From Clostridia bacterium (GTDB lineage Bacteria > Bacillota > Clostridia > Oscillospirales > CAG-272): 50,763 nucleotides of DNA. The notes beneath the pieces are model-generated. The model was not told the DNA's origin. It did not search any database and saw only the letters and a program-made list of their open reading frames with translations. Shown piece after piece: positions 36,086 through 44,989 of this stretch. The stretch spans positions 1 through 50,763 of the forward strand of contig JAFTPJ010000150.1 in the NCBI GenBank assembly GCA_017463405.1, read 5' to 3'. The number at the start of each line of letters is the position of its first letter. Position 1 is the stretch's first letter. Made by a program: the position numbers and the translations under genes.

Positions 36086-36889
36086 TTATTTATGCACCAT
36101 TCCACGGTATTCCGACGGAGTAAGTCCCGTAAATTCGCGGAAGGTCTCGCGGAAATAGGTGGTCGAGTTGAAGCCGCAGCGCTCGGCGATGCGATCGATG
36201 GATTGGTCGGTTCTGCGCAGCAGCTCGGCGGCGTTCTCCACGCGCAGCTCGTTGCGGTAGCGCACAGGGGTGGTGTCCAGCTGACTTTTGAAAATGTGAT
36301 AAAGACGCGATTCGCTGACACAGCAATGAGATGCCAGATCCTCGGTGCTGTAGTCACGATGCGCGTTCTGCTCAATGTACTCCAGCGCCACGGGAAGCAC
36401 AGGATTGTATTTGGTCGGTGCCTCGGGGCGAAGATAGGGGAGCACGTCGGCGTAAAAATCATAATATTTTCCCAGTGCACGGATCTTTTGCAGTCGCTCG
36501 TCTGTTGCAAACAACGAATAAATTTCGGCGATGCGGCGCTCGGTCTCGGGTGTGGAGAGCTCGGGGATGTGCGCCATCGCGTAGCTTTGTGCGTCGGTCG
36601 TGTCGGGACGGCGTGAGATGATCTCCATCGTGTAAAACTCCACATCGGGGGATCCGTTCCATACCGAGTGATAGCGAATGCCCTCGGGAATGTAAAAGAG
36701 ACTTCCGGGTCCCATGCGAATGCTTTTTCCGACCGACGTGAGCGTGACGCTTCCTTTGACGAGAAATCCGAAGCTGGAGTTGACACGTCCCGCACCTGCG
36801 TCGTAATAATGTGCGCGCGTGTAGTGCGTGTGTAGGAGTTTTAACTCCGTCATGCAGAGTTTTTTTGAGTATCCAAGCGTATTTTCCAT
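36086..36889 (-). CDS. AraC-family transcriptional regulator
   Basis: LA..C.VSES.L...FK; SI..IA..CGF....YF...F....G.TP.EY; start could also be GTG 36898. Confidence 0.88.
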   Translation of the reverse strand: MENTLGYSKKLCMTELKLLHTHYTRAHYYDAGAGRVNSSFGFLVKGSVTLTSVGKSIRMGPGSLFYIPEGIRYHSVWNGSPDVEFYTMEIISRRPDTTDAQSYAMAHIPELSTPETERRIAEIYSLFATDERLQKIRALGKYYDFYADVLPYLRPEAPTKYNPVLPVALEYIEQNAHRDYSTEDLASHCCVSESRLYHIFKSQLDTTPVRYRNELRVENAAELLRRTDQSIDRIAERCGFNSTTYFRETFREFTGLTPSEYRGMVHK

Positions 36890-37023
36890 CGTATTCACCC
36901 CAAAAACAGCAGAATTGTTATGTTAATTGACAGTATAGCATATTTACGCCGTGTTGTCAATATGGTATAATCTTATTGATGGAAAAATATTTCCACGATT
37001 GTGGAAGGAAAGAGGTAACAAAA

Positions 37024-38007
37024 ATGAAGGCAATTTTGGTTCAGCCCGATAAGGCTTTGACTTGGAGTGACGTTCCCAATCCCGTCGTTGGCGACGAGGA
37101 CGTTTTGGTAGAAATTCATTGCGCGGCACTCAACCGCGCCGACCTGATGCAGCGCGACGGCGATTATCCGCCTCCTGCGGGATGCCCCGAATGGATGGGA
37201 CTGGAGATCGCGGGCGTGATCGTCGAGATGGGTAAGATCGCGGCTGAAAAATCGAATTACAAGCTTGGTGACGAGGTCTGCGCACTGCTTGGCGGTGGCG
37301 GATACGCCGAGTACGTCAATGTCAAATACGATATGCTGATGCCCGTTCCGAAGGGACGCAGTCTCGTGGAAGCATCGGCAATGCCCGAGGCATATGCGAC
37401 CGCATATCTCAATCTCTTCATCGAGGGGAAGGCAAAGGCGGGCGATACGCTCCTGATGCACGCGGGGGCGAGCGGACTGGCATCCGTTGTCATCCCGATG
37501 GCAAAGGCGTTTGGTCTGCGTGTCATCACCACCGTTCTCTCGGATGAGATCGCCGAGAAGATCAAGCCCCTGGGCGCGGATCTTGTGGTTAATACAAAGA
37601 AGGAAAACATCGCTGACGTGCTCAAGGCACAATTGGAGGCAGGAACACCCGTGGACATTACCATCGACTGTCTGGGCGGTAGCTTCATGGGCGGATGTCT
37701 GCCGTATCTGGCACACGGTGCTCGTTGGATCATGATCGCGGCATTGGCAGGTCAGATCACCGAGATCGACCTGAAGAATATCTACGTCCGCAACGTGCGT
37801 ATCATCGGAAGCACGCTACGCTCCCGTACACCTGCGTTCAAGGCGGAGTTGCTTGCAAAGCTGGTCGAGGACGTATGGCCGAAGGTTGAGGCGGGCATGA
37901 TGAAGCCTTCCATTTATAAAGTTCTGCCGATAGAGGAGGCAGAGGCGGCGCACGCGATTCTGCAACGCGGTGAGAACGTCGGCAAGGTCGTTCTGACAGT
38001 AAAATAA
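37024..38007 (+). CDS. NAD(P)H-quinone oxidoreductase (PIG3/zeta-crystallin, MDR family)
   Basis: LNRADLMQR.G.YPPP.G, GLE.AG, GGGYAEY, HAGASG, GSTLRSR, GKVVL. Confidence 0.9.
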   Translation: MKAILVQPDKALTWSDVPNPVVGDEDVLVEIHCAALNRADLMQRDGDYPPPAGCPEWMGLEIAGVIVEMGKIAAEKSNYKLGDEVCALLGGGGYAEYVNVKYDMLMPVPKGRSLVEASAMPEAYATAYLNLFIEGKAKAGDTLLMHAGASGLASVVIPMAKAFGLRVITTVLSDEIAEKIKPLGADLVVNTKKENIADVLKAQLEAGTPVDITIDCLGGSFMGGCLPYLAHGARWIMIAALAGQITEIDLKNIYVRNVRIIGSTLRSRTPAFKAELLAKLVEDVWPKVEAGMMKPSIYKVLPIEEAEAAHAILQRGENVGKVVLTVK

Positions 38008-38083
38008 ACGAAATACTGGGATCACGTTTATGAGGTAGGCTCCTTTAGAGTTTCCATCCGAAGAAGTACTGATTTATTCAAAT

Positions 38084-38137
38084 TCACCTCATCCGTCATA
38101 TACCGCAATCGGCAAGTGACGGATGAGGTGTTTTTTA
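38084..38137 (+). terminator. intrinsic terminator
   Basis: CACCTCATCCGTCA/TGACGGATGAGGTG followed by T7. Confidence 0.75.
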
Positions 38138-38196
38138 TCATTTCATCAGTGCTTCCCCGAGAGGGGAGCTGGCAACGAATCGTACGTTCGGTTGAC

Positions 38197-38946
38197 TTAT
38201 CCGTTCTTTCCTGCTTTCTTCGATAGTTTGATTAACTCATAGCATTTATTTGCGGAGGATATGGTGATGACGTCTCCGACAGCAAGACTGTTATAGGTGG
38301 CAAGCTCCTCCGAAATGATGCAGGAGCAGTCCTCTGTTCCCTCATCAAATACGGCGCCGCTTGTGATGGAGGTGATTCCGCTTGCAAAATCGGTCATCGC
38401 GCTGTCACTGCTGTATCCGATGAACGTAAAATCACCGGTTCGCATACCACCTATCATGCCTCCGGGGAACCCCTCGGAGGCACTATCATCCTCTAATGAC
38501 CCATCAAGCGCACCTTCTGTATCCGCATCGTTCCCACCTTCGGACTCTGTGCTGACGGGAACAAAAGCATCGGAGCCGTTAAAATATGCCGTTAATGTAT
38601 AGTAAAAATCCCGCACCGAGGACGCTTCGGCATCAATACAATATTCCTCAAGCGTCAGTGAGGATGCCGATCCCATCCTATCGGTGAATTGATCTTTGTC
38701 AAATGTCCCCATCGGGCTTTCCGCCCATGTTTTCCATGATACCGTTCATCATAGATTGCCTGTCGTACGATAGGTTGCTGTGACGGATAATCCCGCCAGT
38801 GTGCTTTTCTTGGCGTTTTCAGCGGCTTGTCGGATGGATAGACCGATGCATGCGGAAACCGCAATGACCAGGGTAATGAGTCCGATTAAAATGCTCCTGC
38901 CCACAGAACGGGTGATGCATTTGAAGGCATTTTTCACAATGTACAT
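38197..38946 (-). pseudogene. FtsX/MacB-like ABC permease, frameshifted and 3'-truncated
   Basis: MYIVKNAFK.I.R..GR..LIG N-terminus; frame changes near 38772 and 38705; periplasmic piece ITSG..F....CIISEELA..N.L.VGD.I, then an abrupt end. Confidence 0.7.
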
Positions 38947-39047
38947 AAAGTGGGTCCTTTCACGTCGTTTTTTCTCATAATACTCCTGCTGTCTAAAGAC
39001 TCACCAAAGAAAAACATGAACAAGCCGTGAATTTTTGGAAAAATAAG

Positions 39048-39080
39048 AAAGGTGCTGCGTCATTTGCGCAGCACCTTTGC
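39048..39080 (-). terminator. terminator after AraC gene
   Basis: AAAGGTGCTGCG/CGCAGCACCTTT hairpin. Confidence 0.6.
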
Positions 39081-39926
39081 TCAATGCGAACGGTACTTGT
39101 ATTCTGCGGGCGTCATGCCCGTGTGCTTTTTGAAAAAAGCGGAAAGGTAGGCAGGAGAGGAGAAGTGCATCCGCTCGGCAATTTCCACATTTGTGTATCC
39201 CTCGTCCAACAATCGCTGAATTTCCTTGATTCGTATCCGCGCAAAGTAGGAAATTGCCCCCTCGCCTGCATATACGTGAAACAGCTTTTTGATATAGCTT
39301 TGGCTGATATGGTGAAGCTGCGAAAGCTGTTCCAGGGTGAGATTTTCAGTTGCATATTGGTACATCGTACGAACGATGTTACGGTATTCCACGGCTCCTG
39401 CGCTTCTTGAGAGTGCTTCCTCAGTGGGCTCACTTTGCAAAAGCCGGAGGAAAAATGCCTCCAGACGGGAGATGCCGATGCAAGCGTCGGCGCGCAGACG
39501 TTCTGCAGACTCACCGCCGAGATCATCTTCTTTTTTCTGCCGATATACAAACGGGTAGAAAAGCCGAAAGGCGCAGAGGTATTCCTCCAGCATTTCTGCC
39601 GATAGCGTAAAAATTCCGCTTCCGAGCGAGGAGGGAAGCCTGCCCTCGTGCGCAAAACTTATGATCAGCACGTGCGGATCGGTCCCGCCTGCGCTTTTGA
39701 TGCGGTGAAATTCATTTGGCGCGTGGCAAATCATCTGTCCGCTCCCGAGCAGATAGGTGCGCCCGTCCTCAACAATTTCCACCTGCCCCGACAGCACCGT
39801 GACGACTTCCCAAAAATCATGACTCTCTCCCGAAAATGCGAAGCGGCTGTTCCAGTGAACGTCAAATGCCGAATAAAAGCCCTTGATCCGAAAATCGATT
39901 CCCGGGTTGAAAAGAGGATATTTCAT
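39081..39926 (-). CDS. AraC-family regulator with a cupin N-domain
   Basis: GESHDFWE..V..G, HAPNEFH; EIAE...FSSP.Y.S.FFKK.TGMTP.EY. Confidence 0.9.
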   Translation of the reverse strand: MKYPLFNPGIDFRIKGFYSAFDVHWNSRFAFSGESHDFWEVVTVLSGQVEIVEDGRTYLLGSGQMICHAPNEFHRIKSAGGTDPHVLIISFAHEGRLPSSLGSGIFTLSAEMLEEYLCAFRLFYPFVYRQKKEDDLGGESAERLRADACIGISRLEAFFLRLLQSEPTEEALSRSAGAVEYRNIVRTMYQYATENLTLEQLSQLHHISQSYIKKLFHVYAGEGAISYFARIRIKEIQRLLDEGYTNVEIAERMHFSSPAYLSAFFKKHTGMTPAEYKYRSH

Positions 39927-40143
39927 AGGTCAAATCACTCCAAATCAGTATCCTAATTTATAATAACAGTGTTTTTTTAGTGATTTACTGCTTAAAACAG
40001 ATAATATATAATAATGGTAACACATGGAGGTTGATTTGTCAACCCCAAAAATAAAAAATCAAAGAAGATCATGCTACGGTTATTTAAAGAAAGAAAAGAT
40101 CCCGCGTCAGAATCGTAAATGAATATCGGGGAAGGTGAAGCGT

Positions 40144-40262
40144 TTGGAATTGGTGGCACAGATTGTCGGATACGTTGCGGGTGTGATTTTTTGTTCCGCT
40201 ATCTGCAAAAATATGCAGGCGTATCATCGGCTTTAATTTTACGTCCCGTATTCGCATGTAAA
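40144..40262 (+). pseudogene. degenerate membrane-protein fragment (YgjV-like)
   Basis: RBS and TTG, LELVAQIVGYVAGVIF, then frameshifted ..YLQK..IIGFNFTSRI; the resemblance is from memory only. Confidence 0.3.
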
Positions 40263-40276
40263 GGAGGATTTTCCAT

Positions 40277-40537
40277 ATGTCCGAAAAGGTCATTCTTGTG
40301 TTGGTGGACGGTATGATGCAATGCGGCAATCCGTTTGCAAAGGAGCTGATATCAAAATCCGCGTACACGCTGAACGCGCGCACCGTGTTGTCATCGGTCA
40401 CACTACCGTGCCATATGTCGCTGTTCCACTGCGTCGATCCCGATCGCCACGGCATTCTTTCCAATACCTACATGCCACAGGTGCGTTCCATCGACCTCCC
40501 GCCCGTGAAGGAATGGGAAGGAAAACCGATTGTATAA
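40277..40537 (+). pseudogene. alkaline-phosphatase-superfamily gene with internal deletions
   Basis: KVILVLVDGM, SVTLPCHMSLFH.V.P.RHGI, then a jump to the C-terminal EWEGK; the metal-binding D..GH and DHG motifs are missing. Confidence 0.65.
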
Positions 40538-40542
40538 AGAAC

Positions 40543-40576
40543 AAAAGGTGTTGTTTTTACGGACAGCACCTTTTTT
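40543..40576 (+). terminator. intrinsic terminator
   Basis: AAAAGGTGTTGT/ACAGCACCTTTT followed by a T run. Confidence 0.65.
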
Positions 40577-40595
40577 GAAAATTTATTCTGGAATG

Positions 40596-40624
40596 TTGAC
40601 ATTTGGAAAGAAATGTGGTACAAT
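40596..40624 (+). promoter_or_regulatory. sigma-A promoter
   Basis: TTGACA, 17-bp spacer, TG.TACAAT. Confidence 0.75.
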
Positions 40625-40630
40625 AAAAGA

Positions 40631-40791
40631 GCCAAACAAAATTCAATAAGTACCAATGGGATACGCATTTTTAGTTTCGATAAAAATGCATATGCCTGTT
40701 TTTCCGTATTCCGTTGGAAAATGAATTTTGTTTGGCGACAATTGAGGCTGTGCGTTTTTTGTGCGTATGACTTCGGTTGTATGCACTTTTT
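40631..40791 (+). ncRNA. candidate structured leader RNA or sRNA with terminator
   Basis: Nested stems 40631-45/40722-36 (15 bp), 40653-65/40705-17 (13 bp, with G-U pairs) and 40666-73/40681-88; cUUCGg terminator 40761-40786 plus T run. Confidence 0.55.
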
Positions 40792-40811
40792 ATTTTAAGG
40801 AGAAAAAAGAA

Positions 40812-42029
40812 ATGAAAATGTTGATGCTGTTACTGTCCGTAGTATTGTTGTTGTCTTTGACATCATGCGATTTTTTGGAGACGCTTGCGCAAAAGCAGGC
40901 GGAAACAACGGTATCGGATAACGGAACAACCGCACCACCGAATGGGGAAACAACTGCGCCGTCCGATGGAGAAGTGACATCTTCTACGCCATCCGTAGAC
41001 AAACCGGAGGATTGTGAGGGGCATGATTTTGGGGAGTGGATTGAATTGGAGGCTCCAAGCTGTGTTGCTGATGGGGTGAAAAAACACATCTGCCGAAATT
41101 GTGAATATGAAGAACGTCGTGTAATTTCCGGTGAAAATAAACATACATACAGTACCAATAACAAATGTATCTTATGCGAGCGTGAAATCATTGCATCTGC
41201 AGGTCTTGTGTATAAGGAAGTGGATGATGGTTATGAGGTTAGTGGATATGATGGGAATTTACCTACAGAGGTTGTGATTGCACCATATTATAATGGAAAG
41301 CCTGTGGTGGGCATCGGTTCAATGGCATTCGTGTTGTGCAGAACGCCTCTTATAAGCATAGAGATTCCGAGCGGTGTGACAAGCATTGGTGATATGGCAT
41401 TCTACGGTTGTGAGAGTCTTACAAACGTTATAATCGGTGATGGTGTGATGAACATCGACAATTATGCGTTTGCGGGTTGCACAAGTCTTACAAGCATCAC
41501 GATTCCGAATGGCATGATGGGTATTGGCGAGGGAGTTTTTTCCGGTTGCACAAGTCTTACTGACATCAAGATTTCGGATAGCGTGACGAGCATTGGAAAA
41601 GGTGTGTTTTCTTCTTGCGCAAATCTTACAAGTATTATAGTTGATGCAGGAAATACAGTTTATCATTCAGCAGGAAATTGCCTGATCGAAACCGAAAGTA
41701 AGATATTGCTTTTTGGATGTAAAAGCAGTATCATTCCAAACGATGGAAGCGTAACACGCATTGGTGAGTTTGCCTTCTATGGTTTCAATATTCTTACAGA
41801 TATCGTGATTCCGGATAGCGTGACGCGCATTGATGATTCTGCGATCAGCTGGTCATCCTTGACGAGCGTATACTACGGAGGTACAGCAGAGGATTGGAGT
41901 AAGATTTCAATTGGTGATGTAACGTATAAGCTTTTCGGTACTGATTATATCTACTACTATACCGAAATCGAGCCCACAGAGGATGGCAACTACTGGCACT
42001 ATGTAGACGGTGTCCCGACTAAATGGTAA
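40812..42029 (+). CDS. BspA/TpLRR-type leucine-rich-repeat surface lipoprotein
   Basis: Lipobox LTSC, T/P linker, His/Cys module, repeats LTSI.IP..VTSIG..AF.GC. Confidence 0.88.
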   Translation: MKMLMLLLSVVLLLSLTSCDFLETLAQKQAETTVSDNGTTAPPNGETTAPSDGEVTSSTPSVDKPEDCEGHDFGEWIELEAPSCVADGVKKHICRNCEYEERRVISGENKHTYSTNNKCILCEREIIASAGLVYKEVDDGYEVSGYDGNLPTEVVIAPYYNGKPVVGIGSMAFVLCRTPLISIEIPSGVTSIGDMAFYGCESLTNVIIGDGVMNIDNYAFAGCTSLTSITIPNGMMGIGEGVFSGCTSLTDIKISDSVTSIGKGVFSSCANLTSIIVDAGNTVYHSAGNCLIETESKILLFGCKSSIIPNDGSVTRIGEFAFYGFNILTDIVIPDSVTRIDDSAISWSSLTSVYYGGTAEDWSKISIGDVTYKLFGTDYIYYYTEIEPTEDGNYWHYVDGVPTKW

Positions 42030-42040
42030 AACAATTTGAT

Positions 42041-42086
42041 AAACAACAACGCCGCACATCCAAGCAGATGTGTGGCGTTGTTTATC
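42041..42086. terminator. bidirectional terminator
   Basis: ACAACGCCGCACATC/GATGTGTGGCGTTGT hairpin. Confidence 0.6.
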
Positions 42087-43329
42087 CATTTTTATCCTCT
42101 TCATCCTGCGCCGCTTTATGCTTTTTGCCGACGTTGCCATCGTAGCCTATTGTAGAGCCACGCACGATGGTGGACGATCCGAAGCGATGGCGAATGTCGT
42201 CCATCAGTCGGTCCAGCTCGCGTTCCCTCTCCTTTTTCTCATCGGGGAACATCGACATCTGCGTATTGTCCTCGCGCGTCAGATCGGTCAGCGCAACACC
42301 CAGAAGACGCAACGGCGTTCTGCGATCCCAAAGATCCGAAAAGAGCTTTTTCGCAACCTCAAAGATTTCCGAGGTGATGTCGGTCGGCTCCGTCAGCTTT
42401 TTCTGATGCGACTTATCACGAAAATCGTTTCCACGGATGGTAACAGATACGCAATACGTGCGACAGCCGTCCCGTCGCATACGCGACGCCACACTATCCG
42501 AGAGCGCCAGCAGAACGCGATGCGCCTCCTCAACGGTGACGATATCCTCCGCGAGCGTGGTGGAGTTGCTGTAACCCTTTGCCTCCTCCGCTACATCCAG
42601 AACGGGCGAGGTGTCGATTCCGTTTGCGTAGCGATGCAGATGTTCGCCGAGCTTGTTCCCGAACATCGCTCGCAGGCGGTCGGGATCGGTGTGCGCCAGC
42701 TGTCCGATCGTTTTGATATTGGAGGCATATAGCCGATCCGCCGTCGCATGCCCTACGGTAAACAGCTCGCGCACGGGGAGGTTCCACATTTTTGTTTTGA
42801 TCTCATGGGAGAATAGCGTGTGTATTTTGTCGGGCTTTTCAAAATCGCTTGCCATTTTTGCAAGGAGCTTGTTCGATCCGATTCCGATATTGACGGTAAA
42901 TCCCAGCGTATTGCGGATCTCGTTCTTGATCGTCTCGGCGATCGCGAGCGGATCGGGGTAAAGACGCTCGGTGCCGCTCATATCGAGAAAGCACTCGTCG
43001 ATCGAAAACTGCTCCACTACGGGGGCATATTTTTCGCACACCGCGACAAAAGCGCGCGAGCAGGTGTGATACAGATGAAAATCGGGCTTGGCGAGATAGA
43101 GGGAGGGGCATTTGCGCAAAGCATGCGCAATCGGCTCGCCCGTCTGTATGCCATACGCCTTGGCGGGAATGGATTTTGCAAGAATCACTCCGCGCCGACT
43201 TTCCCGATCCCCGCCGATGGCGGAGGGAAGCAGTCGCAGATCCGCCTCACCGTTTTTGACGCGCCTTGTTGCCTCCCACGAAAGAAAGGCGCTGTTGACG
43301 TCTACGTGAAAAATCAACCGCACACCCAT
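42082..43329 (-). CDS. dinB: DNA polymerase IV (Y family)
   Basis: FHVDVNSAF, SIDE.FLD, IG.NKLLAKMASDFEKP, RLLGV; AAGGAGG RBS. Confidence 0.92.
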   Translation of the reverse strand: MGVRLIFHVDVNSAFLSWEATRRVKNGEADLRLLPSAIGGDRESRRGVILAKSIPAKAYGIQTGEPIAHALRKCPSLYLAKPDFHLYHTCSRAFVAVCEKYAPVVEQFSIDECFLDMSGTERLYPDPLAIAETIKNEIRNTLGFTVNIGIGSNKLLAKMASDFEKPDKIHTLFSHEIKTKMWNLPVRELFTVGHATADRLYASNIKTIGQLAHTDPDRLRAMFGNKLGEHLHRYANGIDTSPVLDVAEEAKGYSNSTTLAEDIVTVEEAHRVLLALSDSVASRMRRDGCRTYCVSVTIRGNDFRDKSHQKKLTEPTDITSEIFEVAKKLFSDLWDRRTPLRLLGVALTDLTREDNTQMSMFPDEKKERERELDRLMDDIRHRFGSSTIVRGSTIGYDGNVGKKHKAAQDEEDKNG

Positions 43330-43346
43330 CAGTAGCACCTCCTTTT

Positions 43347-43515
43347 TACAGGCAATACCGCACAAAACCGTGACGGCAAACTTGTTTGCATAAATTCCGC
43401 CAAACTGCACAATTTCATTGGCAACAGATCCACTGTTGCCTGCATTAATTTGGTTTGCCTGACGAAATTTCTGACGGCGTAGTTGCACCGTCAGATTTGT
43501 GCGGTATTGCCTATA
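43347..43515. mobile_element. putative MITE (169 bp) with TA-bounded terminal inverted repeats
   Basis: TACAGGCAATACCGCACAAA (43347-66) versus TTTGTGCGGTATTGCCTATA (43496-515), 19/20 inverted match; three internal hairpins; no transposase. Confidence 0.65.
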
Positions 43516-44989
43516 CAATCACCGTTTCTTTTATGTAATCGTTGACAATTTCTTTTTCGCAAAAATATTGCTTTTCCGAGCCGATCAGCTGATACGTCTC
43601 ATGCCCCTTGCCCGCCAGCAGGAGAATGTCATTTTCTCCGAGCATCCGCAAAGCATATGTGATTGCTTCCTTACGGTCGGGAATTTTCAAATACCGCGTT
43701 TCCGATCCGTCAAACGCCTGTGCGATCTCATCGATGATATCCTCGGGCGGCTCGTGCCCGGGATTGTCAGATGTCAGAATGCAGACGTCTGCAAGGGATG
43801 CCGCCACCGCACCGAGTTCGCGACGGCGAAGCTGTGAGCGCTCACCGACCGAGCCGAACAGACAAAGCAATCGGTGCGGCGCATATTCCCGCAATGCGGT
43901 CAGAATCTGGCGCAGGCTTTCGCCGTTGTGCGCGTAATCGATCACTGCGGCACCGCCGCCGGGGAGGGAGATCCACTCGGAACGCCCATCCACCTGCACG
44001 TGAGACAATGCGTCTATCGCTTGCTGTGGCGGGATTTTCATGACCTCAATTGCAACCGCGAGCGATTGGAGTGCGTTGGAAACGTTGCACCGACCGATCA
44101 GGGGCAGATGTACGCTATAAAGCTTCTTTTTTCGGCACATCTCAAACGTAATGCCGTGTGCCGTGGCAGTATTGACGGGAAGAATGCTTTTAGCGATCAG
44201 ATCGACGCCTGTCGTCAGGGCAGACACCGTGATCTGCCGACGCGCAGAGCATCCCTCCTGCATGTCCGCATAGGTGGCATCATCCACGTTCCAGATTGCA
44301 TTGTTTGCACCGAAATCGGTAAATAATCGATGCTTGCACGCGCGATAATGCGCAAACGATGGATGCTCCAGAGGTCCTACATGATCCGAGGAGAGATTGG
44401 TGAACAGCACGGTCGAAAATCGCGTCCCATCGACGCGGTACTGCATCAGCGCCTGCGAGGAGACCTCCACGCACACTGTGCGCATCCCGCCCGCCGCCAT
44501 ATCGGCAAGCGTTTTTTGCAGGGTTACGGCATCGGGGGTTGTATTTGTTGTTGGTTTTCGAACTGCTCCATAGGCAATGCCGTTTGTACCGATGTATCCA
44601 CAGGGAATGTCGCAACGGTTGAGCAACCCCGCGAGTAGCTGTGCCGTCGTTGTTTTGCCCTTGGTGCCCGTAATACCGATAACGTGCAGCTTTTTCGAGG
44701 GATCACCGTAGAACTTACAAGCGAGCTGTGCCAGTGCGAGGCGCGTGTTTTGTGTTAAAATAACGTGAGCATCGTTGGGAAGATCGAGCGGATGCTCGGC
44801 AACAAATACCCGACATCCGTTGACATAAGCCTCGGAGGCGAGTGTATGTCCGTCTACCCGTGCGCCGCGGATGCAGACAAACAGGCTGTTTGCATCGGTC
44901 AGTCGCGTATTTTCCGTGACCGAAAGAATCTCAAGATCGGGAATCACAGCTCGCGGAAATTGCTTTCCGAGCAGTTTTTTTGCATTCAT
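43511..44989 (-). CDS. murE: UDP-MurNAc-tripeptide synthetase (MurE family)
   Basis: DGH, GITGTKGKTT, TTPD, EVSSQ, FTNL..DH, IDYAHN, TSDNP, AGKGHE.YQ. Confidence 0.9.
   Translation of the reverse strand: MNAKKLLGKQFPRAVIPDLEILSVTENTRLTDANSLFVCIRGARVDGHTLASEAYVNGCRVFVAEHPLDLPNDAHVILTQNTRLALAQLACKFYGDPSKKLHVIGITGTKGKTTTAQLLAGLLNRCDIPCGYIGTNGIAYGAVRKPTTNTTPDAVTLQKTLADMAAGGMRTVCVEVSSQALMQYRVDGTRFSTVLFTNLSSDHVGPLEHPSFAHYRACKHRLFTDFGANNAIWNVDDATYADMQEGCSARRQITVSALTTGVDLIAKSILPVNTATAHGITFEMCRKKKLYSVHLPLIGRCNVSNALQSLAVAIEVMKIPPQQAIDALSHVQVDGRSEWISLPGGGAAVIDYAHNGESLRQILTALREYAPHRLLCLFGSVGERSQLRRRELGAVAASLADVCILTSDNPGHEPPEDIIDEIAQAFDGSETRYLKIPDRKEAITYALRMLGENDILLLAGKGHETYQLIGSEKQYFCEKEIVNDYIKETVIV

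Noticed and set aside
43330-43518. 63-aa N-terminal extension of DinB in the ORF track
   Set aside because: A strong RBS precedes ATG 43329, and the extension is just the open frame through the MITE
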